From an uncultured Collinsella sp. (GTDB lineage: Bacteria > Actinomycetota > Coriobacteriia > Coriobacteriales > Coriobacteriaceae), in NCBI GenBank assembly GCA_959599095.1, contig CAUGGC010000004.1, forward strand, positions 38,357-102,356: a stretch of 64,000 nt of DNA, in the 5' to 3' direction. The notes beneath the pieces were generated by a model. It was not told where the DNA came from and did not search any database. It saw nothing but the letters and a program-made list of their open reading frames with translations. The position numbers and the translations under genes were made by a program. Of this stretch, positions 29,514-38,408 are shown in pieces. Each line of letters opens with the position of its first letter. The first letter of the stretch is position 1.

Positions 29514-29691
29514 TCATCGGGGACAGTCTTAAACGACTAGTCATCGGGGACAGTCTTTGCTGACTTGCCGGCTCGCCGGCCGGCTGGAAAGGACTGTCCC
29601 TAGCTGCCGGCACTTGGGGACTGTCCCCAACTGCCGGGTGGCGAAAGAGTGTCCCCTGCGACTACTCATTTAAGAACATCCCCAATGACTA
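29511..29691. repeat. Cluster of 29-bp family C hairpins and GGGACAG/CTGTCCC motifs
   Basis: TAGTCATCGGGGACAGTCTTAAACGACTA (29511-29539), a partial tandem copy, and a reverse copy at 29663-29691. Confidence 0.8.
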
Positions 29692-29701
29692 GGTGCCGTA
29701 C

Positions 29702-29732
29702 TTGACTTTAACTCTGCTTTAACTGGTACCAT
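29702..29732 (+). promoter_or_regulatory. Promoter with 19-bp spacer, MerR-type architecture
   Basis: TTGACT - 19 bp - TACCAT with imperfect dyad CTTTAAC..CTTTAAC in the spacer. Confidence 0.55.
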
Positions 29733-29774
29733 CCTCTATGTCTGTAACGCCATATAGACCGAGGGGATAGATCT

Positions 29775-30980
29775 ATGACCGCAACTGCACCCGCAGCACC
29801 CGCTAAGGTGTACTTCACCAACCTGCGCACGCATGCTCGCGAGAGCCAGCTCGACAAGCTCAAGCGCCTCATCCGTCACGCCGGAATTGAGCAGATCGAC
29901 TTTGAGAACAAGTTCGTCGCCATCAAGATTCACTTTGGCGAGCTGGGCAACCTGAGCTTTTTGCGCCCCAACTACGCCCGCGCCGTCGCGGACGTCGTGA
30001 AGGAGCTGGGCGGCAAGCCCTTCCTCACCGACTGCAATACGCTCTATGTCGGTAGCCGCAAAAACGCGCTCGAGCACATCGATACCGCCTACCAGAACGG
30101 CTTTACCCCGTATGCTACGGGTTGCCAGATCATCATTGCCGACGGCCTCAAGGGCACCGACGAGGCGCTCGTCCCGGTCGAGGGCGGCGAGTACATGCAC
30201 GAGGCCAAGATCGGTCAGGCGCTCATGGATGCCGATATCGTGATCAGCCTCACCCACTTTAAGGGCCATGAGCAGGCCGGTTTTGGCGGCGCCATGAAGA
30301 ACCTGGGCATGGGAGGCGGCAGCCGTGCCGGCAAGATGGAGCAGCATGCCGCCGGCAAGCCGAACGTCGCGACCGAGCACTGCGTTGGCTGCCATGCCTG
30401 CGAAAAGATCTGCGCGCACAACGCTATCTCGTTCGACGGCACCCGCGAGCGCGAGCTTGCCAGCGGCGCTACTCGCACGGTGCACGTGGCTGCCATCGAC
30501 CACGATCGCTGCGTGGGCTGCGGACGCTGCATTGCGGCATGCAACCAGGACTGCATCAAGCCCGGTTATGAGGCCGCGGCCGACGTGCTCAACTGCAAGA
30601 TCGCCGAGTATACGAAGGCCGTCGTCGACGGCCGCCCGAGCTTCCACATCTCGCTTGCCATGGACATCAGTCCCAACTGCGACTGCCATCCTGAAAACGA
30701 TACGCCTATCGTCAACGACATCGGCATGTTCGCGAGCTTCGACCCGGTCGCCATCGACCAGGCCTGCGCCGACGCCGTCATGGCGTCTGAGCCGCTGCCC
30801 AACACCGAGCTCACCGATAGCGCGGCCAAGATGGAGCACAACCACGAGCATCTGGAGGGCGAGCAGGCCAAGGATCCCTTCTGCATCACGCATCCCGACA
30901 CCGACTGGCGCGTGTGCATCGCGCACGCCGAGAAGATCGGCCTGGGCACGAGCAAGTACGAGCTCATCGAGGTCAAGTAG
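29775..30980 (+). CDS. DUF362-domain protein with 2x[4Fe-4S] ferredoxin insert
   Basis: KIHFGELGN, HFKGH..GFGGAMKNLGMG, two CxxCxxCxxxC motifs, CDC, DPVAIDQAC. Confidence 0.88.
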   Translation: MTATAPAAPAKVYFTNLRTHARESQLDKLKRLIRHAGIEQIDFENKFVAIKIHFGELGNLSFLRPNYARAVADVVKELGGKPFLTDCNTLYVGSRKNALEHIDTAYQNGFTPYATGCQIIIADGLKGTDEALVPVEGGEYMHEAKIGQALMDADIVISLTHFKGHEQAGFGGAMKNLGMGGGSRAGKMEQHAAGKPNVATEHCVGCHACEKICAHNAISFDGTRERELASGATRTVHVAAIDHDRCVGCGRCIAACNQDCIKPGYEAAADVLNCKIAEYTKAVVDGRPSFHISLAMDISPNCDCHPENDTPIVNDIGMFASFDPVAIDQACADAVMASEPLPNTELTDSAAKMEHNHEHLEGEQAKDPFCITHPDTDWRVCIAHAEKIGLGTSKYELIEVK

Positions 30981-31028
30981 CGTCGTCCTATTGGACAAAC
31001 CAAGCGCCTTTGTGGCGTTAGTTGAGTA

Positions 31029-31066
31029 AAAGCCGCCCACGAGCACAACGCTCGCGGGCGGCTTTT
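31029..31066. terminator. Bidirectional intrinsic terminator
   Basis: AAAGCCGCCC..GGGCGGCTTTT between convergent genes. Confidence 0.75.
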
Positions 31067-31144
31067 CAGAAGTGCGGTGAAAAATCGAATACCGCCGACC
31101 ACAAACCGATTTTTGGCAACAAAACCCCAGACGTTGCTTTTTGC

Positions 31145-32110
31145 CTAATAATTCTTGTCGAGGAAGTCGTCGACCGTATTCCAGTAGAGCTCGGGGTCAA
31201 CTTGCGCGCTCTTGGCGTGGGTGGCGCCGTGGATAGTGAGCTTCTGTTTAACCTTGCTGGCGCACGCGTCGTAGTTTTGGTCGAGCATGTCGTACGGCAC
31301 AAAGGTGTCCTGGTCGCCGTGGATAAACAGCATGGGAACCGTCGCGTGTTTGAGTTGCTCCACACTGCTCGCCTTATGAAAGTCGTAGCCCGCGCGCACG
31401 TTGCACACCAAGTTTGCTACATCGAGCAAGGGAAAGCTGGGCAGGCTGAACACGTCCTTGAGCTGCAGGGAAAACTCGTCCCAAACACTCGTATAACCGC
31501 AGTCCTCGATAATGCATTTCACGTTTGCGGGCAGAGATTCCCCCGCGACGTTCATGGCGGTTGCCGCACCCATCGACTCGCCAAAGACCAGGATGCGCGC
31601 CTCGGGGTCAGCCTGAACGATTCGCTCGATCCATGCGACGATGTCGAGGCGCTCGGGCCAGCCCATGCCGATATAGTCGCCGCCGGAGCGCTCGTGGGCG
31701 CGGGCGGCGGGTGCGAGTACGTTCATGCCACGGTCGTGGAAGCGTTTGGCGTATCGGGCCATACCGATGGGCTCGTTGGTATATCCATGCAGGCAGACGG
31801 CGTAGTCGTGCGTGCTCTCCGACGCAGCAAAATACCAGGCGGCAAGCTCGGTCCCGTCGTCCGCGGTGAGGTTGCTGCTCTTGCGGTTCTCTTTAAACCA
31901 TGCCCGCGCCTCGGTATCCTCGGCATCCGGCTGCTCACCTTCTTTGTCGTTCTTGCTATCCTGCATCATCTTCATGGTGTATGGCGCGCGGGGATTCAGC
32001 GCGAAGTCAAACAGAAAGTTGCCGGCAAATCCGAGCAGCGCAACGACAACCACCAGTGCAACGATGCCGGCTATCTTGAGCTTTCGATGGGAACGTGCGT
32101 TTTGAGCCAT
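31145..32110 (-). CDS. Membrane-anchored alpha/beta hydrolase
   Basis: N-terminal TM, HGY, GESMG nucleophile elbow, IHGDQDTFVP, terminal His. Confidence 0.9.
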   Translation of the reverse strand: MAQNARSHRKLKIAGIVALVVVVALLGFAGNFLFDFALNPRAPYTMKMMQDSKNDKEGEQPDAEDTEARAWFKENRKSSNLTADDGTELAAWYFAASESTHDYAVCLHGYTNEPIGMARYAKRFHDRGMNVLAPAARAHERSGGDYIGMGWPERLDIVAWIERIVQADPEARILVFGESMGAATAMNVAGESLPANVKCIIEDCGYTSVWDEFSLQLKDVFSLPSFPLLDVANLVCNVRAGYDFHKASSVEQLKHATVPMLFIHGDQDTFVPYDMLDQNYDACASKVKQKLTIHGATHAKSAQVDPELYWNTVDDFLDKNY

Positions 32111-32296
32111 GCGGTATTCTCCTATAAGATGTTAATACATCAACATTTAATGCAAGCGCATTATGGACGTTCGCCGTTGATGCGTCAACAGGCAAAGAAT
32201 GGGTAAACAAAGGGTCACGTATAGTGCAAATTTCGCACGTACCCAGACGCTTTGATATAGTGTTGAGAACTCTTTACGTTGGAGGATGTAACCGGC

Positions 32297-32980
32297 ATGT
32301 CCGATTCGAGCGACAGTTCTAAGCCGCGACCCAAGACCGCGGCCGTTCCACACTACACGGTGGGTGAGGAGATCATGAACTCCGTCACCCATGGTGTCGG
32401 CTGCCTGCTGGGTATCGCGGGCCTGGTGCTCCTGATCGTATTCGCCGCCCTGCGCGGCGGAGGCCCGGCCCACATGGCCGCGGCAATTGTCTACGGCGTC
32501 AGCATTATCCTCGAATACCTAGCCTCCACGCTCTACCACGCGATTCAGCCCGCGCGCGCCAAGCGCGTGTTTCGCATCATCGACCACAGCTGCATCTACC
32601 TGCTCATTGCGGGCAGCTATACGCCGTTTTGCCTCATCACGCTCGCAAACGACGGCGGCGCTGTGCTGTTCTTTGCCGTATGGGCCATCGCCATTATCGG
32701 CATCGCCCTCGAGTGCTTTATGCGCGAGCGCCAGCCGCATTGGGTAAGCGGCCTGGTCTATCTGCTGATGGGCTGGCTCGTTGTCTTTAAGCTGCCCGAG
32801 CTCGTGGCGCTGCTCAACCCCGTGGCACTTGCCCTGCTCGCCGTCGGCGGCGTGTGCTACACCGCGGGCGTGCCGTTCTATATCGCCAAAAACGTGCGCT
32901 ATCTTCACAGCGTGTTTCACCTGTGGGTACTCGCCGGCAGCATCTTCCAGTTCATGGCGGTGATCCTCTTCGTAATCTAG
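32297..32980 (+). CDS. Hemolysin III / PAQR family membrane protein (TrhA-like)
   Basis: EEIMNSVTH, STLYH, DHSCIYLLIAGSYTP, HSVFHLWV. Confidence 0.93.
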   Translation: MSDSSDSSKPRPKTAAVPHYTVGEEIMNSVTHGVGCLLGIAGLVLLIVFAALRGGGPAHMAAAIVYGVSIILEYLASTLYHAIQPARAKRVFRIIDHSCIYLLIAGSYTPFCLITLANDGGAVLFFAVWAIAIIGIALECFMRERQPHWVSGLVYLLMGWLVVFKLPELVALLNPVALALLAVGGVCYTAGVPFYIAKNVRYLHSVFHLWVLAGSIFQFMAVILFVI

Positions 32981-33088
32981 CGACCACGCCAGCGCCCGTG
33001 CCCCCGCTCGGTCGCCAGTGCAATTGCCGTATCAGCCGTCAACGTTTTAATCCGACATCCCGAATCTTGGAGGTTCGAGAAACTCCCG

Positions 33089-34462
33089 ATGGACATAACC
33101 ATCTCCCTTATCACCACCCTCGTTTTGACCCTCATCAACGGCTACTTCTCTATGTCCGAGATGGCGCTCACCACGGCCAAGCGCGCCGTGCTGGAGCACG
33201 AGGCCGAGGAAGGCGACAAGCGCGCCGAGCGTGCCATTAAGCTGGCTGCCGACTCCGACCAGCTGCTCGCCACCATCCAGGTCGCCATCACGCTCGTGGG
33301 CTTCGCCTCGTCCGCCGTCGCCTCGACGAGTCTGTCCGACCCGCTCGCCACGTGGCTCATGAGCTTTGGCATCGCGCCGCTCTCCGCCATCGCGCGCGGC
33401 CTGGCGCCGGTCATCATCACCGTCGCGGTCGCCTTCGTGTCCATTGTGATCGGCGAGCTTGTGCCCAAGCGCATCGGCCTGTCCAACGCCGAAGGCGTGT
33501 CCAAGCAGGTTGTGGGGACGTTGTCGTTTTTCCAAAAGATCGCCCGTCCGCTCGTGTGGCTGACCGGTGCTTGCTCCGATGGCCTGGCCCGCATCCTGCG
33601 CATCAAGAGTGCCGACGACCGCCAGAACGTCTCGGAAGAAGAGATCAAGTACATGGTCTCGGAGCAGGACGACCTGCTCGACGAGGAAAAGCGCATGATC
33701 CACGAGATCTTCGACCTGGGCGACACCGTTGCCCGCGAGGTCATGGTGCCGCGCGTGGACACCACCATGTGCGAGGACGACGAGACGGTCGCCGACGTGC
33801 TGTCCACCATGCGCCAGACCGGCTTTAGCCGCATCCCCGTCTATCACGAGGATCCCGACAACGTCGCCGGCATCGCGCACATCAAGGACCTGATTCAGCC
33901 CGCGCTCGACGGCAAGGGCGACCAGCCCATCGCCGGTTTTTTGCGCGACGCCGCCTTTGTGCCCGACACCAAGGACATCCTGCCGCTGCTGTCCGAGATG
34001 CAGACCTCTCACGACCAGATCGTGGTGGTCGTGGACGAGTACGGCGGCACGGCCGGCATTATCACCATCGAGGACATCGTCGAGGAGATCGTCGGCGAGA
34101 TCGAGGACGAGTTCGACCCCGACAACAAGTATCTCACGCGCCTTTCGCGCCGCGAGTGGCTCGTTGATGGGCGTTTTTCGTGCGATGACGCGATTGAGCT
34201 TGGTTGGCCGCTCGAGGAAAGCGATGATTATGAGACCATCGCCGGCTGGATTTTGGAGCTTTGCGACTCGGTGCCCGACATCGGAGAGGTGTTTGAGGTC
34301 GCGGGGTACAAGTTTAAAGTGCAGTCGATGCGTGGCCAGCGCATCTCGCTCATTCGCGTGATCGCTCCGGCCGAAACCGATAAGAAGGATTCCGAGTCTT
34401 CGGTAGACGAGCCGACGACGTCGGGTGCGGGTTCCGCGAATCCGCACGACGGCGACGAGTAG
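33089..34462 (+). CDS. CNNM/CBS/CorC_HlyC (TlyC-like) membrane protein
   Basis: [36 protein letters not shown]. Confidence 0.93.
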   Translation: MDITISLITTLVLTLINGYFSMSEMALTTAKRAVLEHEAEEGDKRAERAIKLAADSDQLLATIQVAITLVGFASSAVASTSLSDPLATWLMSFGIAPLSAIARGLAPVIITVAVAFVSIVIGELVPKRIGLSNAEGVSKQVVGTLSFFQKIARPLVWLTGACSDGLARILRIKSADDRQNVSEEEIKYMVSEQDDLLDEEKRMIHEIFDLGDTVAREVMVPRVDTTMCEDDETVADVLSTMRQTGFSRIPVYHEDPDNVAGIAHIKDLIQPALDGKGDQPIAGFLRDAAFVPDTKDILPLLSEMQTSHDQIVVVVDEYGGTAGIITIEDIVEEIVGEIEDEFDPDNKYLTRLSRREWLVDGRFSCDDAIELGWPLEESDDYETIAGWILELCDSVPDIGEVFEVAGYKFKVQSMRGQRISLIRVIAPAETDKKDSESSVDEPTTSGAGSANPHDGDE

Positions 34463-34486
34463 GACAAGGAAGAGTAGGGGAGAGTT

Positions 34487-35320
34487 ATGGCAGGCCTGTT
34501 CAACATCCTTAAGGTCACCGTCAGTGAGGACAAGATCTGCGCGCATGTGCTGGTGAACCCCGGCATGCCGCTCATGACCTCGGAGGACATCGAGGCCACG
34601 GCGCGCGTGTACTACCTGGTGCCCGCGATTGCCAAGCACCTGTGCCTGGGCGATTCCGGCCGCGAGTTCCAGGACTGCATGGGTCAGACCGAGCTCTGCC
34701 ACCTGCTGGAGCACGTGACGGTCGAGCTCATGAACGAGACCGGTCTTGCCGGTAGCATCTCGTGCGGCCGCACGCGCGTGAGCGAGCATGACGAGCGTGT
34801 CTTTGAGGTCGAGCTTTCGTGCCCCGACGACGCACTGGCCATCGGTGCGCTGTCGTCGGCCACCTTTATGATGGACTGGGCGTACTTGCACGCCGACCAG
34901 CCTGCCCCCGACGTGGAAGGTACGGTCGCGGGCCTGCGCAACCTGGTGCTGGGCATGCGCGCCGAGGCCGAGGGCAAGGATCCTCACGAGGCCGTCGCCG
35001 CTGCGAACGGCGAAGATGCTGCCGAGGACGAGGGCGCTGACGAGAGCGATGTGCCGGTCGACGCCGAGCCCGTTGCCGATGCGACCGCCGAGCCCGTTCC
35101 CACCGAGCCCCAGGGCGTCCCCAACTTTGACGACGAGCCCCAGGTGGCGATTGATACCGAGGGCGCGGTTGCCGAGAACCACGAGGCCTCCGCTGCCGTC
35201 TTTGGCGGTGCGGCGACGGTTCCGGCAGGACCTGCGCATGAGGGCGGCCTGCCGCTCGTGGACGGCGCCGGCGAGGACCCGGGTGCCACGGTGGCCATGC
35301 CGGCTATGCCTCAGGAGTAG
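34487..35320 (+). CDS. Standalone cyanophycin-synthetase N-domain-like protein with acidic tail
   Basis: HxC-x18-HLLEH..EL..G..GRTR pattern recalls the CphA1 N domain; ~110-aa D/E/A/P-rich tail. Confidence 0.65.
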   Translation: MAGLFNILKVTVSEDKICAHVLVNPGMPLMTSEDIEATARVYYLVPAIAKHLCLGDSGREFQDCMGQTELCHLLEHVTVELMNETGLAGSISCGRTRVSEHDERVFEVELSCPDDALAIGALSSATFMMDWAYLHADQPAPDVEGTVAGLRNLVLGMRAEAEGKDPHEAVAAANGEDAAEDEGADESDVPVDAEPVADATAEPVPTEPQGVPNFDDEPQVAIDTEGAVAENHEASAAVFGGAATVPAGPAHEGGLPLVDGAGEDPGATVAMPAMPQE

Positions 35321-35450
35321 GCCTACGCGTTTATTACCATCACGTACCTGCGCCTTTGCCGTACGCAGATGAGCGGAGCGGCAAGTGATGCGCTGCGGGT
35401 ATAATGGACAGCATTCAAACGGTGGGCACCGACGTGCCCGCAGGAGAGGA

Positions 35451-35846
35451 ATGATCATGGGTAAGACTTTCAGCTTTGTCTCCGGCGCACTTTTTGGTGC
35501 CGCTGCCGGCGCTATTATCGGCGTTGCTCTGGCCCCGCGCTCGGGCGCCGAAACCCGCGCCATGGCTGCCGATATCGCCAACGACGCCTGGGACAATATG
35601 CGCGACACCTACGAGCACAGCGCCGAGGAGGCCCGTGCTGCGGTGAATGACTTTGGCCCGATGGTCGACGCCAAGACCGACGACCTGCGCGCCAAGGTCG
35701 ACCTGGCCCGCGAGCGCATGGACCAGCTGCGCGAGCAGCTCAACGACGCCATTTCGGGCGGCAACGTGACGCCTGCCGCCGACGTCGTGGTCGAGAACGC
35801 CGTCGAGGCTGATGCCGAGGCTGCGGAGCCCTCGACCGAGGCATAA
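35451..35846 (+). CDS. YtxH-domain protein
   Basis: FVSGALFGAAAGAIIGVALAPRSGAETR. Confidence 0.85.
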   Translation: MIMGKTFSFVSGALFGAAAGAIIGVALAPRSGAETRAMAADIANDAWDNMRDTYEHSAEEARAAVNDFGPMVDAKTDDLRAKVDLARERMDQLREQLNDAISGGNVTPAADVVVENAVEADAEAAEPSTEA

Positions 35847-36601
35847 TGCGCGCCGGGGATTTTGTCGGCGCCAAGATCTATCGCAAGCCTACCGAGGACA
35901 AGCGCACCAAAAAGGACGGCACGCCGCGCAGCCCTAAAAAGCTCGGAAAGATTCACTTTCCGGTCTTTACCCCGGGCGGTACGCGTGTGGTCGGCTTTAT
36001 GGTTCGCCAGTCCGATATCGCGGGCATGATCGAGCGTCCCGACCGATTCGTAGCGCTCGACGCCATTGGTGTCTACGAGGGCGCCATTGCGGTCGATGAC
36101 GTCAAGGACACGTACGATGCCGCCGCCGCCAAGCGCCTCGACATCAACCTGGACGATTGCATCATCTGGGTCGGTATGGACGTACGCACGGAATCGGGCG
36201 ACGTCGTGGGTTATTGCTCGGATGTTGAGTTCAAGCCACGCTCGGGCATCGTGCAGGCATTCTATGTGACCGCCGGTGCTGCTTCGAGTGTTTTGGTTGG
36301 TGACACGCAGGTGCCGCCGACGATGCTGCGCGGCTACGAGAACGGCGCGATGATTGTCTCGGACGAGGTCAAGGCGCTCGGGTATTCGGGCGGCGCGGCC
36401 GCCAAGGCTGCCGAGGCCAGTGTCGTGGTGGGCGATAAGGTCAAGAAGGGCGCCAGGGTGCTCGATGACAAGGGATCGGTTGCCGTGGACAAGGGCAGTC
36501 GCGCACTGGGCAAGCAGCTCGGCAAGACGCGCGGCATGTTCAAGGCCTTTAAGGACGAATACCAAAAGGCGAGCGGAGGCTCGTCAAAAGCTACAAAATA
36601 G
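35846..36601 (+). CDS. Tandem PRC-barrel domain protein
   Basis: GMDVRTESGDVVGYCSDVEF PRC pattern, duplicated; coupled to the YtxH gene. Confidence 0.75.
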   Translation: MRAGDFVGAKIYRKPTEDKRTKKDGTPRSPKKLGKIHFPVFTPGGTRVVGFMVRQSDIAGMIERPDRFVALDAIGVYEGAIAVDDVKDTYDAAAAKRLDINLDDCIIWVGMDVRTESGDVVGYCSDVEFKPRSGIVQAFYVTAGAASSVLVGDTQVPPTMLRGYENGAMIVSDEVKALGYSGGAAAKAAEASVVVGDKVKKGARVLDDKGSVAVDKGSRALGKQLGKTRGMFKAFKDEYQKASGGSSKATK

Positions 36602-36673
36602 CGACGTACCAAATGATGGGAGGCAAGCCGGAGACCTGTTGCTCCGGCTTGCTGTGTTTATGGGGGAGGGCAC

Positions 36674-38080
36674 ATGCGCCAAAACGGATCCAACTTAAAC
36701 GGGCGTTCGGGTGCGCGTCCGACGGCGCGCCGCGACCTGGGGCAGCTGCCCAGCGGTCAGCGCAAGCGTCACCGTAAGCCCGGCGCGATGTACCTCAACC
36801 ATAGCCGCGGCTTTAGCGACCACAGTGCGCGCATCGGCAACAGCCGTACGCCCCGTCGTTCGTCTCGCCTGCCCTACGCGCTCATCGCCGTGGGTTGCGC
36901 GCTCGTGCTGTTTATCGCTGCCGTCGTGGGCTACGTCAACCGCAGTGTGGACGTGGAGCTCAACGGCCAGAAGACCGCGGTGCGTGTGGGCTCTACGCTG
37001 CAGAATCTCATCGACGACCAGGAGTTGACTGACACCTACGACGCAGGCGACCTGCTGGCCGTCGATGACAGCGTGCTCAAGCGCCATGGGGGCGAAAAGC
37101 TGTCGGTGAAGGTCGACGGCAAGCGCGTGAAGCAGGGCAAATGGGATAGCCGCGAACTCGAGGGCGGCGAGAAGGTGACGGTCAAGGATGGCCGTAACAC
37201 CTACGAGAAGCACGAGGTTCAGGCTGCGGTTATCGAGCCCAAGCTCAAGGTCGAGGGCACGGGCGCTATCGAGTATGTGCAGACATGGGGTGTCCAGGGC
37301 CGATCCGAGGTGTGGGTTGGTGAGCAGTCGGGCAAGACGCAAGACCGCGGCGAGGTTGTGCCCGCCACCGATTGCGTTGTTGCGTGCGCCAGCGTGGCGC
37401 CCAAGGGCAACAAAAAGTACGTGGCACTGACGTTTGACGAGGGTCCGAGCGGCGCCACCAAACAGATCTTGCAGGTGCTCAAGGAAAAGGGCGTCACCGC
37501 GACGTTCTTCCTTTCGGGCGATGCGGTCGAGGCCTCGCCTGCCACGGCCAAGGCGATTGTCGATGCCGGGTGCGAGATCGGATCCAACAGCTACAGCGAC
37601 GATTCGCTCAAGGGTCAGGACCGTGAGGCGGTACGCGAACAGATCACGAAAGGCACCGACGCGATGAAGTCGGCGACCGGCGTGAAGACGATGCTGCTGC
37701 GTGCTCCCTACGCTGCCTTTGACGAGCAAAACTGGATTGATGCGATGGACCTGGTCTCCGCCGTGGTCTCGTGGAATATCGACTCGGGCGACTGGCTGCT
37801 AAACGGTGCCGACGAACAGGTCTCGACGGTGCTCGATTCGGTGACGCCGGGCAATATCGTGCTGCTCACCGATAGAGACGAATGCGCCGAGCAGACACTC
37901 GAGGCGCTGCCGCAGATTATCGACGGCCTCATTGCCGACGGCTACAAGATCGTGACGCTCAGCGACCTGGTCAAGACGGACACGTCGCTGAGCAAAAAGC
38001 TCACCTCGCTGACGAAGGTCACCATGCCCAAGGACGCCGTGTTCCCCCAACTTGCCGAGGACGACGACACCACAGAGTAG
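36674..38080 (+). CDS. Membrane-anchored polysaccharide deacetylase (NodB/CE4)-like protein, catalytic residues degenerate
   Basis: VALTFDEGP, ATFF, LRAPY, WNIDSGDW; metal-binding His residues missing. Confidence 0.8.
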   Translation: MRQNGSNLNGRSGARPTARRDLGQLPSGQRKRHRKPGAMYLNHSRGFSDHSARIGNSRTPRRSSRLPYALIAVGCALVLFIAAVVGYVNRSVDVELNGQKTAVRVGSTLQNLIDDQELTDTYDAGDLLAVDDSVLKRHGGEKLSVKVDGKRVKQGKWDSRELEGGEKVTVKDGRNTYEKHEVQAAVIEPKLKVEGTGAIEYVQTWGVQGRSEVWVGEQSGKTQDRGEVVPATDCVVACASVAPKGNKKYVALTFDEGPSGATKQILQVLKEKGVTATFFLSGDAVEASPATAKAIVDAGCEIGSNSYSDDSLKGQDREAVREQITKGTDAMKSATGVKTMLLRAPYAAFDEQNWIDAMDLVSAVVSWNIDSGDWLLNGADEQVSTVLDSVTPGNIVLLTDRDECAEQTLEALPQIIDGLIADGYKIVTLSDLVKTDTSLSKKLTSLTKVTMPKDAVFPQLAEDDDTTE

Positions 38081-38117
38081 TCATTGGGTAGTCATTTAGG
38101 AACGTCCCCAATGACTA
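38078..38117. repeat. Family C 29-bp hairpin (38089-38117) plus partial copy starting at the stop codon
   Basis: Reverse complement TAGTCATTGGGGACGTTCCTAAATGACTA. Confidence 0.8.
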
Positions 38118-38191
38118 TGTCACGGATGCGTCAGCGTTTGGTATGCCTGCAATGTGCAGCGCATAAATTCGATGCCGCAGGGCGATGCTGA

Positions 38192-38408
38192 TGCTATAGT
38201 TACTGCGGTTAATGAGGGTCAAGAGAAGGGTTACAGGTGAAATCCAAACCTCGACCATACAGTCGATGACCCCATGCAGGTGCTTTTTGCGCATGCACGG
38301 GGTGTAAGCGTCGAGCGGCGTGCCGCCCGCGCATGCGTATACATATCCAGAAGCCCCCGGACGCCGCACGCGCGGTTGCGTCCGGAGGAATAATGATGGG
38401 GAGCACCA
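38192..38408 (+). promoter_or_regulatory. Extended -10 promoter and ~200-nt structured leader of the mgtE-like/NRMT operon
   Basis: TGcTATAGT at 38192-38200; stems GGGTCA/TGACCC, GGTT/AACC, TCGAC/GTCGA, CCGGACGC/GCGTCCGG. Confidence 0.5.

Noticed and set aside
32297..34462. Hemolysin virulence locus
   Set aside because: Both families (PAQR/TrhA and CNNM/CorC) are membrane and metal homeostasis proteins; the names are annotation legacies
38221..38260. Cobalamin or M-box riboswitch call for the mgtE leader
   Set aside because: GGTGAAATCC only loosely resembles the cobalamin T-loop; other conserved blocks of either family are missing
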